DNA of 41,463 nucleotides. Source: a virus. Its lineage: Duplodnaviria; Caudoviricetes. A program made the translations under genes and the position numbers. The stretch covers positions 1 to 41,463 of IMG/VR virus record IMGVR_UViG_3300034349_000001. The stretch is one strand, 5' to 3'. The notes beneath the pieces are model-generated. The model was not told where the DNA came from. It did no database searches and was given only the letters and a program-made list of their open reading frames with translations. Of the stretch, positions 1 through 10,729 are shown one piece after another; within the stretch, counting starts at the first letter, position 1; each line of letters begins with the position of its first letter.

Positions 1-127
1 AACGACCAACACGCTGCTCTACTTCAGAGCGGTACTTGGAGTCCGAGGAGTAGCGAGGATCAGTCATTGCGGCGACCATCTCGCGCTGCGACTCGAATCC
101 TTTAGGGCCTTGAGGGGCAGCCTTAGG
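1..127. repeat. 127-bp contig end overlap, identical to 41337-41463 (circular assembly artefact)
   Basis: Exact duplication falling inside the gp9 coding sequence; 127 is a typical assembler k-mer length. Confidence 0.93.
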
Positions 128-865
128 ACCACTTGCCGGGGCACGCTTGGTGACCGAACGCTCAGGGCTCTTACCGAACTTCTTGGTTCGACTTGCCATG
201 CCCAGATTAATCAGGGTCTTGATCCCAGCGAGGTCCTGCTCACCGATTGCTTTCTCCAGAGCCACAACGGCGTCAGGGGAGTTGGCAGTCATGTGGGCCA
301 CGATGGCTTGGAACTTTTCAGCACCGCCAGCGTAGGCTTGGATCTGCGCCACGTAGGTCTGAGCGAGAGCTTCTTGACCATTGATGAACGACTTGACGAA
401 GCCACGACTGTAGCCAACCGCTTCGAGCGCCTTTAAGGACGCCTCGGAGAGCTTGTTGTCGGTCTCGTATTCCGTTTCGATCTGGTCAGCGATGGACTGC
501 GAGAGACCCGCTTTGATAGCTTGGGCACGCATTTGCTGGAAGCCATCAGCGTACTCATCGACAGCCTCAGAGGCTTCAACGAGGTCAGCATCAGGGTCGC
601 CCAGAGGGGTGAACTCATCGGACTCAGCGCCTTCTTCGGCACCTTCCTCTTCACCCTCAGGCAGCTCCAGCTCATCAGAGCCTTCTTCACCAGTGTTCAG
701 TTCGATCTCGTTCTCGTTGGACTCATCGGAGTCATTAAGAACGATGGAGTCGTCACCATCACGAACGTCAGTTGGCAAGGCCATCATGTTCTGCTCGTGT
801 TCGGTGATGTTGTTCGAGGACATTACAGCGTTGTTGATACCGAACTCGGCATAGATGTCAGTCAT
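1..865 (-). CDS. gp9: Capsid scaffolding protein, N-terminal part (continues across the contig join to 41326-41336; about 291 aa in total)
   Basis: Absent from the ORF track. ATG at 865 after AAGGAG reads MTDIYAEFGINNAVMSSNNITEHEQNMMALPTDVRDGDDSI, resembling the T7 gp9 N-terminus. Lies between portal and capsid; 865+11 nt = 292 codons. Confidence 0.93.
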   Translation of the reverse strand, partial: MTDIYAEFGINNAVMSSNNITEHEQNMMALPTDVRDGDDSIVLNDSDESNENEIELNTGEEGSDELELPEGEEEGAEEGAESDEFTPLGDPDADLVEASEAVDEYADGFQQMRAQAIKAGLSQSIADQIETEYETDNKLSEASLKALEAVGYSRGFVKSFINGQEALAQTYVAQIQAYAGGAEKFQAIVAHMTANSPDAVVALEKAIGEQDLAGIKTLINLGMASRTKKFGKSPERSVTKRAPASGPKAAPQGPKGFESQREMVAAMTDPRYSSDSKYRSEVEQRVGR

Positions 866-941
866 TGGGACTCCTTAAATTAGTGGGGCTACAGGCACGG
901 GCAACTATCCGTGCTTTCCCAGATGTACTTGCTTGGCAAGC

Positions 942-964
942 TGTAGCCATAGTGAGGGTTTTAA
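942..964 (-). promoter_or_regulatory. Phage RNAP late promoter (phi9-like)
   Basis: TTAAAACCCTCACTATGGCTACA; overlaps the portal stop codon. Confidence 0.9.
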
Positions 965-2583
965 ATCGGACCAGCTTCTACGCCAGCGGTATCCATTGCG
1001 GATTGCATAGCGTCTGGACTTGCAGTTGCCTGAGCGGCCATCCCTTGACCAATGCCAGCAGCAGCGTTGAGGCCACCTTGCTTGAGCATCTCTTGGGATT
1101 GCAGTTGAGCCTTCTCGGCCTCCGTGAGGAGCAGCCCAGAGGTATCAAGGCCAATGGCGTTAGCCAGTCGCAGCTTGATGTTGCTCATGTTCAGGTCAGC
1201 GTCATCCTTCAGTTGGGCCACTTGGGTCATGGCACCGAGGAACTGGTTCAGCTTGTCGAGGTCTTGCCCACGACCCAGCGCTTCGACACCAGTGGACACC
1301 GTTGGCTCTACAGCCTCTTTCGGCATGTCTGGGATCTGCGCAGTCGCTTGCAGTTGGTTCAACAAGATGCGGACGATTGGAAGTTGGAGTTCCTGAGAGA
1401 GGATCGAATAGACACCACCAAGGGTGTCCTCAAGTTCACTCGCCACATAGCGGATCTCCTCGGCAGTCACACGTTCACCCTGGCGCTGTACGGCAGAGTT
1501 CAACATGAAGACATACGAGAGGCGTCCTTCAATGGCGTCTGCCACTTGCTTGGACACCGTGAAGTCAGCGGTCTTCTCCAGTTGCAGGAACGAGATGTCG
1601 TCCTTGCGACCAGCCACGAAGTCACCAGTCTGGGCCTTCACCAATCGACGAACCTGAGTGATACCGTTAGGGTTCACCAAGCCGATGATCTTAGAGGACA
1701 CCATGGCGAACTTAATCATGGCCTCATGGAGCGACTCAAGGGAGTTCAGGTCGCCCAGATACTCCTCGACATGGGAGCGCCCGTAGTGTTCGCCATCACG
1801 CTTGGTCCACCGAACGGCGATCCAAGGACAGGCGTCCAGCGGGTACTGACCATCAGAGCCTTCGATCTCCACGTCATCCACTTCCTGATACGACAGGAAC
1901 TCACCGGACTCATCATCCAGATAGATGTGTGTGTAGACCTCGATCTCTTGCTCAGGCTTGCGTTCCTGCCCCTCGTTGCCGAGAGAGTTCCGAACGTCCT
2001 CAGGGAGTGCCGCAAAGGCGACCTTATCCAAGGTGACGATCTGCAAGACGTTCCCGAAGGCATCTCGCTGGACCACATGGTTGTGCAGGGTGTAGAGCTT
2101 CATCGGGTTGTATGCCGATGAGGTTGCATCAGGTGGCGGCAGGTACAGCAGTCCAGAGCCAGCAAGGGCCAACTGACGGATCAGCTCAAAGAGCGTCACA
2201 CGATAGGAGTTGGCTTCCATGTAGGACATCAGGATGCGTTCAACCATGCCCAGCCCTTGTTCCACTACAGCCAGTTGCGAAGGGTCGGAGACCAGTTGCT
2301 TGGCCTGCCACTCGGACACCTTGAGCTTCATCCACGTTTGTAACGGGAACAGAGCGAGCATCACTTTGGCAGACAGGTTGTTCAGGCCACGAGCGCCCAC
2401 GGCTTGCCACGGAGTGGTGTAGTCGGTAGAGGCGTTGTCGGAGTCTTTCGGGAACAGAGATGGGATGGTGACCTTGGCGCAGTTTTCTGCTCGGGTCTCG
2501 TAAGGAACACGGTCGTTCTTCAGTCGTTCGTAAACGGCCTTAGCACCTTCCCCGGCGAGCCCTTGGCGTTTTGAATCAGCCAT
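961..2583 (-). CDS. gp8: Head-tail connector (portal) protein
   Basis: 540 aa; GAKAVYERLKNDRVPYETRA, PWQAVGARGLNNLSAK and GERVTAEEIR are T7 gp8 motifs. Confidence 0.97.
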   Translation of the reverse strand: MADSKRQGLAGEGAKAVYERLKNDRVPYETRAENCAKVTIPSLFPKDSDNASTDYTTPWQAVGARGLNNLSAKVMLALFPLQTWMKLKVSEWQAKQLVSDPSQLAVVEQGLGMVERILMSYMEANSYRVTLFELIRQLALAGSGLLYLPPPDATSSAYNPMKLYTLHNHVVQRDAFGNVLQIVTLDKVAFAALPEDVRNSLGNEGQERKPEQEIEVYTHIYLDDESGEFLSYQEVDDVEIEGSDGQYPLDACPWIAVRWTKRDGEHYGRSHVEEYLGDLNSLESLHEAMIKFAMVSSKIIGLVNPNGITQVRRLVKAQTGDFVAGRKDDISFLQLEKTADFTVSKQVADAIEGRLSYVFMLNSAVQRQGERVTAEEIRYVASELEDTLGGVYSILSQELQLPIVRILLNQLQATAQIPDMPKEAVEPTVSTGVEALGRGQDLDKLNQFLGAMTQVAQLKDDADLNMSNIKLRLANAIGLDTSGLLLTEAEKAQLQSQEMLKQGGLNAAAGIGQGMAAQATASPDAMQSAMDTAGVEAGPI

Positions 2584-2594
2584 GGGTCACCTCC

Positions 2595-2903
2595 TTAGAT
2601 ATTGATGCCAGTACCAGCAGAACGAGCAACGGACAGACCGCGCTTACCTTTCGCACGGGCAGCCTTCTTGGCAGCCTCGGTGTCAGCATCATCGGAACCA
2701 TCGGTGCTTTCTTTAGGAGCCTCAACGGTGGCCGCAGCGTTAGCTACAGGGGCCGGTGCAGCGACTGGTGCGACAACTGGTGCAGCCTCAGCGACTGCCT
2801 TTGGTTCTTCACTGTTACCACCACCGATAATGCCAGCCGGGTCAGCGACCTTAACGACAGCCTTGGTGACTTTCTTGACCAGCTTCTTGATTTTCTTGCC
2901 CAT
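2595..2903 (-). CDS. gp7.3: Virion/tail assembly protein gp7.3
   Basis: MGKKIKKLVKKVTK...GKRGLSVARSAGTGINI; start moved to the ATG after AAGGAG. Confidence 0.9.
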   Translation of the reverse strand: MGKKIKKLVKKVTKAVVKVADPAGIIGGGNSEEPKAVAEAAPVVAPVAAPAPVANAAATVEAPKESTDGSDDADTEAAKKAARAKGKRGLSVARSAGTGINI

Positions 2904-3321
2904 GAGATTTCTCCTTGAGTTGTGTGTAATTAATTTCATAGCGACCAGTGCCTAAGCGCTTGGTGTATGCGATGAACTGGTGGTTGGCCGAACGGGCGAT
3001 CTCAATGATCTTGCGCTGGATGGTGCGACCCACTGCTCCACGATGCTCAGGGCGAATGAAGCGCCACTGGACACCGAGGCAAGGGCCTATGTGGTCATCG
3101 TCGTCATCGACCAGCACAGCGAAGCCTATGAGGGCTCCTTCAGGGTCCCGTGCGATAACCTCACAGCGGTCGATAGACTCGGTGGCATAGCAGATGCGTG
3201 AATAGGCTTCGATCCTCGACGAGCCCCAAGTGAACTCAGGGTAGGCGTCAAGGATCTCAGCGAGGCACTCACGGAATACAGCTTGCTCACCGGGCGACTT
3301 GAAGACCACGGAGAGGATCAC
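2851..3321 (-). CDS. GNAT-fold (acetyltransferase-like) protein in the gp7 position
   Basis: GALIGFAVL strand and FIRPEHRGAVGR resemble GNAT motif A; start overlaps the gp6.7 stop (GTGA). Confidence 0.6.
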   Translation of the reverse strand: MILSVVFKSPGEQAVFRECLAEILDAYPEFTWGSSRIEAYSRICYATESIDRCEVIARDPEGALIGFAVLVDDDDDHIGPCLGVQWRFIRPEHRGAVGRTIQRKIIEIARSANHQFIAYTKRLGTGRYEINYTQLKEKSHGQENQEAGQESHQGCR

Positions 3322-3605
3322 TTAGTGACCTTCTTCATGGCGCGCTTGATGGATGCAGCAGGCTTGCCCTTCTTGAGGGTGCCAGTGCCTGTATCAGCAG
3401 CGACAGCATCAGAAGAACCATCACCTTTGTCGGAGTCAGAACGCTTGACTTTGAGACCGTCAATGCCGTCCTCGGTCCCCTTGCCTTCTTCTTCAGGGGT
3501 GGCCCCGAACTCGACACCCTTGGGTTCTTCAATGAGAACCGGCTCAGGCGCTTTCACAGCCTCAGGGTTTGTCTTAGGGACCTTCTGTTTGGATTTGAAA
3601 CACAT
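3318..3605 (-). CDS. gp6.7: Virion protein gp6.7
   Basis: MCFKSKQKVPKTNPEAVKAPEP N-terminus and synteny. Confidence 0.88.
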   Translation of the reverse strand: MCFKSKQKVPKTNPEAVKAPEPVLIEEPKGVEFGATPEEEGKGTEDGIDGLKVKRSDSDKGDGSSDAVAADTGTGTLKKGKPAASIKRAMKKVTK

Positions 3606-3610
3606 GAGGG

Positions 3611-3856
3611 TCACTCCTCCATTTGTGGATGATTGGTCTCCTGCATCAGCTCCACGATCTCGCAGGCAGCATTGCAGCCATCCACGAAGCCCATGATGTA
3701 GCCCTCGGAGTACCCCGCTTTACGGAGTTCATCGAGGGCACCAGTGGCGATCAGGTAGGTAGCGTTGAGGCGGACGTTGAGATAGTCGGCAGTAGCCGGG
3801 GCGATGTCAGGGATGTCATCAGGGTTATTGATGTGGTGTTGAATCTGTTTGAGCAA
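3611..3856 (-). CDS. gp6.5: gp6.5-like protein
   Basis: TTG start after AAGGAGG; NNPDDIPDI..TADYLNVRLN..SEGYIMGF resembles T7 gp6.5. Confidence 0.88.
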   Translation of the reverse strand: MLKQIQHHINNPDDIPDIAPATADYLNVRLNATYLIATGALDELRKAGYSEGYIMGFVDGCNAACEIVELMQETNHPQMEE

Positions 3857-3867
3857 AGTTCCTCCTT

Positions 3868-3897
3868 GGGCTCTATCGGTAAAATCCAATAGAACCC
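3868..3897 (-). promoter_or_regulatory. Stem-loop, probable RNase III site (R6.5-like)
   Basis: GGGTTCTATTGG-ATTTTA-CCGATAGAGCCC 12-bp stem between phi6.5 and the gp6.5 RBS, as in T7. Confidence 0.65.
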
Positions 3898-3902
3898 CTT
3901 AG

Positions 3903-3925
3903 GGTAGCCATAGTGAGGGTATTTA
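3903..3925 (-). promoter_or_regulatory. Phage RNAP late promoter (phi6.5-like)
   Basis: TAAATACCCTCACTATGGCTACC; overlaps the exonuclease stop. Confidence 0.9.
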
Positions 3926-4840
3926 AATCGGGGACCAGAGGATCGGCTTCATGGTCTCGAAGTCGAAGTCAGAGGCGCGGCAGATGCGAGCCACTTGAGC
4001 TTGAACAATGAGGTCCTCTTCGGACATCCCTTGCTTCTCAGCGAGGTTCGTCATGCAGCGCCAGATGTGTGCGTTGCGGTCACCCTCAACGAACTCACAA
4101 GCGGACTCAGCCCAGAACTCAACGGTCTCGCCCTTGCGGGCACCAGACTTCATCACCTTAGTGTCCTTGTAGAAGTACGAGGGCTCCTTGAGCCACTCCC
4201 ACAGACCACCATTGAATGCCTCACCGACTCCAGGCACACCACCATAACCATCGGTAGTGTCGCCCTTGAGGGTCTGAAAGAAGTGGTGACGATCCGCAGT
4301 GGCCTCGTCGTTCTTCACAAGGTCCATCTCGGTCAGCCAGAAGAAGTATCCCGGCACCGTGTTGAAGTCCTTGTCGCAGCTCACGGAGATAACGCGGTCG
4401 CAGCCAACGAACTCAGGCTTGGTCATAAAGATCCCGCAGAGGTCATCGCCTTCCATGCCATCCCACTTGAAGCTCAGGGCACCGAAGTGTTCCATCACCT
4501 CATCGCAGAACTTGCGGTAACCAACTGGCTTGCGCTTACCTTTACGGTTCGCCTTGTAGGTCTCAAGGACCTCCTTACGCCAGTTGTTGTCACCGCTCAG
4601 GATGCAGATGTCCACGAACTCATACATGTCAGGCGTGAGCTTGAACTTGCGCTTGAGTTGACCGGCAATGTCTGCCTTGATGGTCTTGATGGTGCCGAAC
4701 AGAATGTCACGGGCTTTCTTGTGATCGCAGTACAGCGTCCACACGTCCTCGCCCCAGTCCTGCTCCTCCTCAGCGGCACTCATGGCCGAGAAGATGAGGT
4801 AGTCCATGTCATGGGCAAGGCCGATTTTCAGTTTGCTCAA
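3923..4840 (-). CDS. gp6: 5'-3' exonuclease
   Basis: 305 aa; YKANRK, EGDD, SCDKD and GDTTDGYGGVPG motifs. Confidence 0.96.
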   Translation of the reverse strand: MSKLKIGLAHDMDYLIFSAMSAAEEEQDWGEDVWTLYCDHKKARDILFGTIKTIKADIAGQLKRKFKLTPDMYEFVDICILSGDNNWRKEVLETYKANRKGKRKPVGYRKFCDEVMEHFGALSFKWDGMEGDDLCGIFMTKPEFVGCDRVISVSCDKDFNTVPGYFFWLTEMDLVKNDEATADRHHFFQTLKGDTTDGYGGVPGVGEAFNGGLWEWLKEPSYFYKDTKVMKSGARKGETVEFWAESACEFVEGDRNAHIWRCMTNLAEKQGMSEEDLIVQAQVARICRASDFDFETMKPILWSPI

Positions 4841-5046
4841 ACAGCACCTCCATGTTCAGTGAGGAATAGTTGGCCAGCGGTGGTCAGGGTCCAGAGACCC
4901 ATGTTCTTACCGGCAGTTGAGAGGCACGAGATATGGCCACGACTGGAAGCTTCATTGACCAGCCCGATACGCGAACGAACGAAGTCGCTCTGGTACGAAC
5001 GGGCTTGCTTCTTGATTTCCCAGAGGACCTTTAAGTACTCGTTCAC
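4837..5046 (-). CDS. gp5.7: gp5.7 (host RNAP/sigma-S inhibitor family)
   Basis: 69 aa; YLKVL..IK....QSDFVR....VNEASSRGHISCL matches T7 gp5.7. Confidence 0.92.
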   Translation of the reverse strand: MNEYLKVLWEIKKQARSYQSDFVRSRIGLVNEASSRGHISCLSTAGKNMGLWTLTTAGQLFLTEHGGAV

Positions 5047-5483
5047 TTCAGCACCGCAGGGATACGGACTGGCTCACGAAGGCCGGTCTGCTTGAGTTCG
5101 CAGCCGATGTTCGCAGCACGGTTCGGGTGGAAGCAGGTGTCTTGGGTGCAGCGGTCACAACTGCGAGGCAGCATCGGGCAGTCGAAGGACACCTTGATGT
5201 CACCGACAGTGACGGTCGCTTCGTTACCGGGCAGCTCACGCTCAATGCCCTCACGGACGGTCTCACGGATGCCTTTGCGATAGATGATCTCAAGGACCTC
5301 CTCATCGCTACGGTCACCGACCAGCAGGTGGTAGCCAGCCAGAGCTTCGCCTTTCATCTTGGCGACCTTCTCAGCGGGCATGGCACGGGCCTTCACGCGG
5401 TCAGCTTGGAACTCAAGGACGGTCTCGGTCTTCACAACGATGGACATCGGGAAGTTCACGGTGATTTTCAGGGTCTTGCTCAT
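5043..5483 (-). CDS. gp5.5: gp5.5-like (H-NS-binding family) protein with a Cys-rich C-terminal extension
   Basis: True start MSKTLKITVNF after TAAGGAG; position between DNA polymerase and gp5.7; 146 aa. Confidence 0.72.
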   Translation of the reverse strand: MSKTLKITVNFPMSIVVKTETVLEFQADRVKARAMPAEKVAKMKGEALAGYHLLVGDRSDEEVLEIIYRKGIRETVREGIERELPGNEATVTVGDIKVSFDCPMLPRSCDRCTQDTCFHPNRAANIGCELKQTGLREPVRIPAVLK

Positions 5484-5493
5484 AAGGATCTCC

Positions 5494-7635
5494 TTAGTGA
5501 CACTCACGCCATGTGGGTCCGATCTTGTAGTCGGTGTCCAATGGGCAGCGGAAGTTGAATGATTCGCCAACATTGCGGATTGCTTGTTGACAGATTGCAG
5601 CGATGATCTCAGCGATCTCAGGGGTGCGGCAGGCGATCTGAAGTTCGTCGTGGACCCATGCCATAAAGCAGAAGTCACCGGGATTCCCTTCATCGTCATA
5701 CCAGCCATGGACGTAGCCCTGCTCTTGGCAGAGACGCTCCACTTCGACGACCCACTTCTTGCACACCAAGGCACCAGCGGACTGGAGCAGCGAGTTGAGC
5801 GCAGAGTGTGGGGAGCGGACATGGATCTTTCGGCCATCGAGACCTTTGATCCAACGGCGCTTCCACTTGATGTCGAACTTGCGAGTGGCTTGGTTCCACT
5901 TCTGCTCGGAGATGAGTTGTTCTTCGAGGGCACCGCGTAGGCCACTAATGGCCGGGGTGTTTTCCATGAAGTCCTTCTTGAGTTGCTTCCCTTCCTTCTT
6001 GCCACCACCAACGAAGGAACCGACCAGACCATCACCAGCGCCATAAAGGAACGCATAGATGAACGTCTTGGCCACATCGCGGAAGGCGTCATGTTCGTGG
6101 TTCGACTTGTCCCGTACCAGACCAGCAGGCGTGATGCCAGCGGCCAGCCCGTTGACCCAGTGGATGTCCCCGTTGAGTACGGTGTCCACATAGGAACCAC
6201 CATCGAAAGGAACCCCGAAGTGACCCAAGCAACGAAGCTCAAGGCCACTGGCATCGGAGCCCAGTTGGACTGCTCGTTCCCAGCCCTTCTTCAGCTTCCT
6301 CGCAAAGAGCGCCCCAAAGAGCGCACGGCACGCAGGTCCGTACTTCTTCTTGGCGCTCGGCACTTGGCCCATGTTCGGATGGGAGTGGGTCGCACGGCCT
6401 GTTACAGCCCCGTTAGGGTTCACTGAGCCATGGATACAGCCATCGTCACGCACGTAGCGCAGCCACGCCTTGTCGCCCTCAGAGAGCATCCCGATCACCT
6501 TAGTGACCTCAAGGAATTCCCTCACGAGGTTGATGCAGAGTTGCTTCTTGGGATCAGAGACCTTGACGAATTCAAGGACCTCATCGTCCATCTTGGCAGC
6601 GCCAGTGTTGGTCAGCTCAGTGGGGACCCAGCCAGCATCCCGAAGGACCTTCTCAAGGTGCGCCCGTGAGCCGGGGTTGAACGTGATGAACTCGATGGGG
6701 GTGTATGGAGCGCCCTCAAAGGTCTCACGGGTGTCCTTGCGTTTCCCATCCTTGAGGTAGACACCGCCCACCTTCGGGTACTTGACCTTGGGCATGACAC
6801 GGCCATCAGACCAGTAGTCGATAGGCTGGCCGGACTTCGGATTGAGGAACGGCGAGGTGCCCCCTTTAGGTTGCCACCAAGACCCGAAGGTCTGGATGAG
6901 TTCCACGAGGAGGTCACTACGCCTGCCTGCCAGTTCGCAGTACAGCTTCTCAGCCCCATCAGTGTCGAAGGGGAAGCCGTTGCGTTCCATCTGAGAGAGC
7001 GTCCATGCAGCGGCGTGTTCCAAGCGAACGGCCTCAATGGCCTCGCCTTGATCGTTGAAGTAGTGCAGGTCCGAGAGGATCTTACGGAACAACATAGAGG
7101 TGACACGAACGTCCTGCTCGCAGTAGTCCTCCATGGCTTGTGAGCATTCCAGCCATTCCATGCCCGGTGTGTACTCAATGCCACCGTCTTCGCAGAGCTT
7201 GATGAAGTCGGTCTTGTACTCGCCCTTCATCTCGCCCAGACGATAGCCCCACGACTCCAGAGAGTGAGAGCCAAACATCTTGCCGGGAAGGATGCCAGAG
7301 CGGAGCAGACCAGCGTCACGGTCGCCCACGTTGGAGTAGACCAGACGGGTCATCACCAGAGTGTCCATCACGCGCTTCCTTGGGATGTTCAAACGCTTGC
7401 CGAAGTAGAGGCGCTTGAGCTTGTCCAGAACCGGGATGTCGTACTTGATGAAGTTGTGCCCGACGATCATGCCATCAGGCTTGGCAGCTTCGGCTTCGAG
7501 AGCAGCAAGGTACTCAGCGAAGGTGGACTCATCGTACCGGGTGTATTGCCCAGTGAAGTAGTCCTGAATGGTGGCGCAGTGGAACCGGGTTACTTGTTCG
7601 TAGAGCCCGTTCGTTTCAATGTCAGAGATGAGCAT
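5494..7635 (-). CDS. gp5: Family A DNA polymerase with 3'-5' exonuclease and thioredoxin-binding loop
   Basis: DIETNG, GHNFIKYD, DASGLELR, RDVAKTFIYAFLYG and WVHDE motifs; GSWWQPKGG...APYTP loop. Confidence 0.98.
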   Translation of the reverse strand: MLISDIETNGLYEQVTRFHCATIQDYFTGQYTRYDESTFAEYLAALEAEAAKPDGMIVGHNFIKYDIPVLDKLKRLYFGKRLNIPRKRVMDTLVMTRLVYSNVGDRDAGLLRSGILPGKMFGSHSLESWGYRLGEMKGEYKTDFIKLCEDGGIEYTPGMEWLECSQAMEDYCEQDVRVTSMLFRKILSDLHYFNDQGEAIEAVRLEHAAAWTLSQMERNGFPFDTDGAEKLYCELAGRRSDLLVELIQTFGSWWQPKGGTSPFLNPKSGQPIDYWSDGRVMPKVKYPKVGGVYLKDGKRKDTRETFEGAPYTPIEFITFNPGSRAHLEKVLRDAGWVPTELTNTGAAKMDDEVLEFVKVSDPKKQLCINLVREFLEVTKVIGMLSEGDKAWLRYVRDDGCIHGSVNPNGAVTGRATHSHPNMGQVPSAKKKYGPACRALFGALFARKLKKGWERAVQLGSDASGLELRCLGHFGVPFDGGSYVDTVLNGDIHWVNGLAAGITPAGLVRDKSNHEHDAFRDVAKTFIYAFLYGAGDGLVGSFVGGGKKEGKQLKKDFMENTPAISGLRGALEEQLISEQKWNQATRKFDIKWKRRWIKGLDGRKIHVRSPHSALNSLLQSAGALVCKKWVVEVERLCQEQGYVHGWYDDEGNPGDFCFMAWVHDELQIACRTPEIAEIIAAICQQAIRNVGESFNFRCPLDTDYKIGPTWRECH

Positions 7636-7645
7636 GAGGCCCTCC

Positions 7646-8119
7646 TTAGTTGGAGAAGGCGACAGCGCTCAGTGGCAGCCATACGACTTCAGGGTTGAAC
7701 GCATGGACCGCGAACTTGAACAGCACGGCATAGCCGGTGTACTCATTCGAGCGGTGGTAGCGGATCTCGATGGCATGGAACGAACGACCATCGAAGTGAT
7801 GGGTCGCGCTGTACTTGCGCAGTTGGTGGTTCAATGGGATGCACTCAGGGCGCACTCGGAAATTCTTGCCGACCATTGGGGCCACAAGGTGCCAGTTCGG
7901 ACCACGAGGGTCGTCCTTAATGCGGGCCTTAATGTCCTCGTCAACCTTGTCAGCGATCATCTTTTGGATGGCCGCAACGATTGGGTCGATTGGGTTCACC
8001 GGGGCCTTCCAATGTGGATGCTCGCGCTGGTTATCAACGAACGAGTAGTCCATCTTTTCGAGGACCTCAATGGCCAGCTCACCTTTCTTCAGTTGCTTGC
8101 GGATGTCGGAATAGTTCAA
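7646..8119 (-). CDS. Hypothetical protein (about 157 aa)
   Basis: TTG start after AAGGGGGA; fills the gap before DNA polymerase. Confidence 0.75.
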   Translation of the reverse strand: MNYSDIRKQLKKGELAIEVLEKMDYSFVDNQREHPHWKAPVNPIDPIVAAIQKMIADKVDEDIKARIKDDPRGPNWHLVAPMVGKNFRVRPECIPLNHQLRKYSATHHFDGRSFHAIEIRYHRSNEYTGYAVLFKFAVHAFNPEVVWLPLSAVAFSN

Positions 8120-8156
8120 GTTTGTTTCCCCCTTGTAGCGTTGGTATGAAGTCACT

Positions 8157-8178
8157 AAAAGGCCCCCGTTAGGAGGCC
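8157..8178 (-). terminator. Intrinsic terminator-like hairpin
   Basis: GGCCTCC-TAAC-GGGGGCC-TTTT, just after the stop at 8185. Confidence 0.55.
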
Positions 8179-8184
8179 CTTGGA

Positions 8185-8379
8185 TCACTTCACGCGCTTG
8201 ATGTCTTGGTGGCGCCAGTCAGCTTCCACACGGGATTGGACGGTGCTTTGCAGGGCGCTCTGGGCAGCCGAGATGGCAGCCTTCAAGGACGCCTCACGGG
8301 CCAGGAGTTTCGAGTGACGCTTCTCTTGGATACGGCCAGCCAGAGTGATGAGGAAAGTTACGAGGTCGAAGTTGCGCAT
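8185..8379 (-). CDS. Small helical protein, gp4.3-like by position and size
   Basis: MRNFDLVTFLITLAGR.. after TAAGGAG; 64 aa, Ala-rich, follows primase/helicase. Confidence 0.7.
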   Translation of the reverse strand: MRNFDLVTFLITLAGRIQEKRHSKLLAREASLKAAISAAQSALQSTVQSRVEADWRHQDIKRVK

Positions 8380-8392
8380 GAGTTGGTACTCC

Positions 8393-10628
<2,236 letters not shown>

Positions 10629-10706
10629 GTAGACCTCCTAAAGTCAAACGAAAAGAGGCCACACGCCCAGTGCCTTACTCGGGTATCCGCCGAGAGGTGT
10701 TAGGTG

Positions 10707-10729
10707 TGTAGCCACAGTGAGGGTTTTTA
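10707..10729 (-). promoter_or_regulatory. Phage RNAP middle promoter (phi3.8-like)
   Basis: TAAAAACCCTCACTGTGGCTACA. Confidence 0.9.

Noticed and set aside
5040-5060. T7-style gp5.5-5.7 frameshift fusion
   Set aside because: No evident slippery run; the GTGA overlap is explained by translational coupling.
5484-6254. 403-aa ORF as a long gp5.5 fusion
   Set aside because: The upstream part is an alternate frame inside DNA polymerase; a strong RBS defines the start at 5483.
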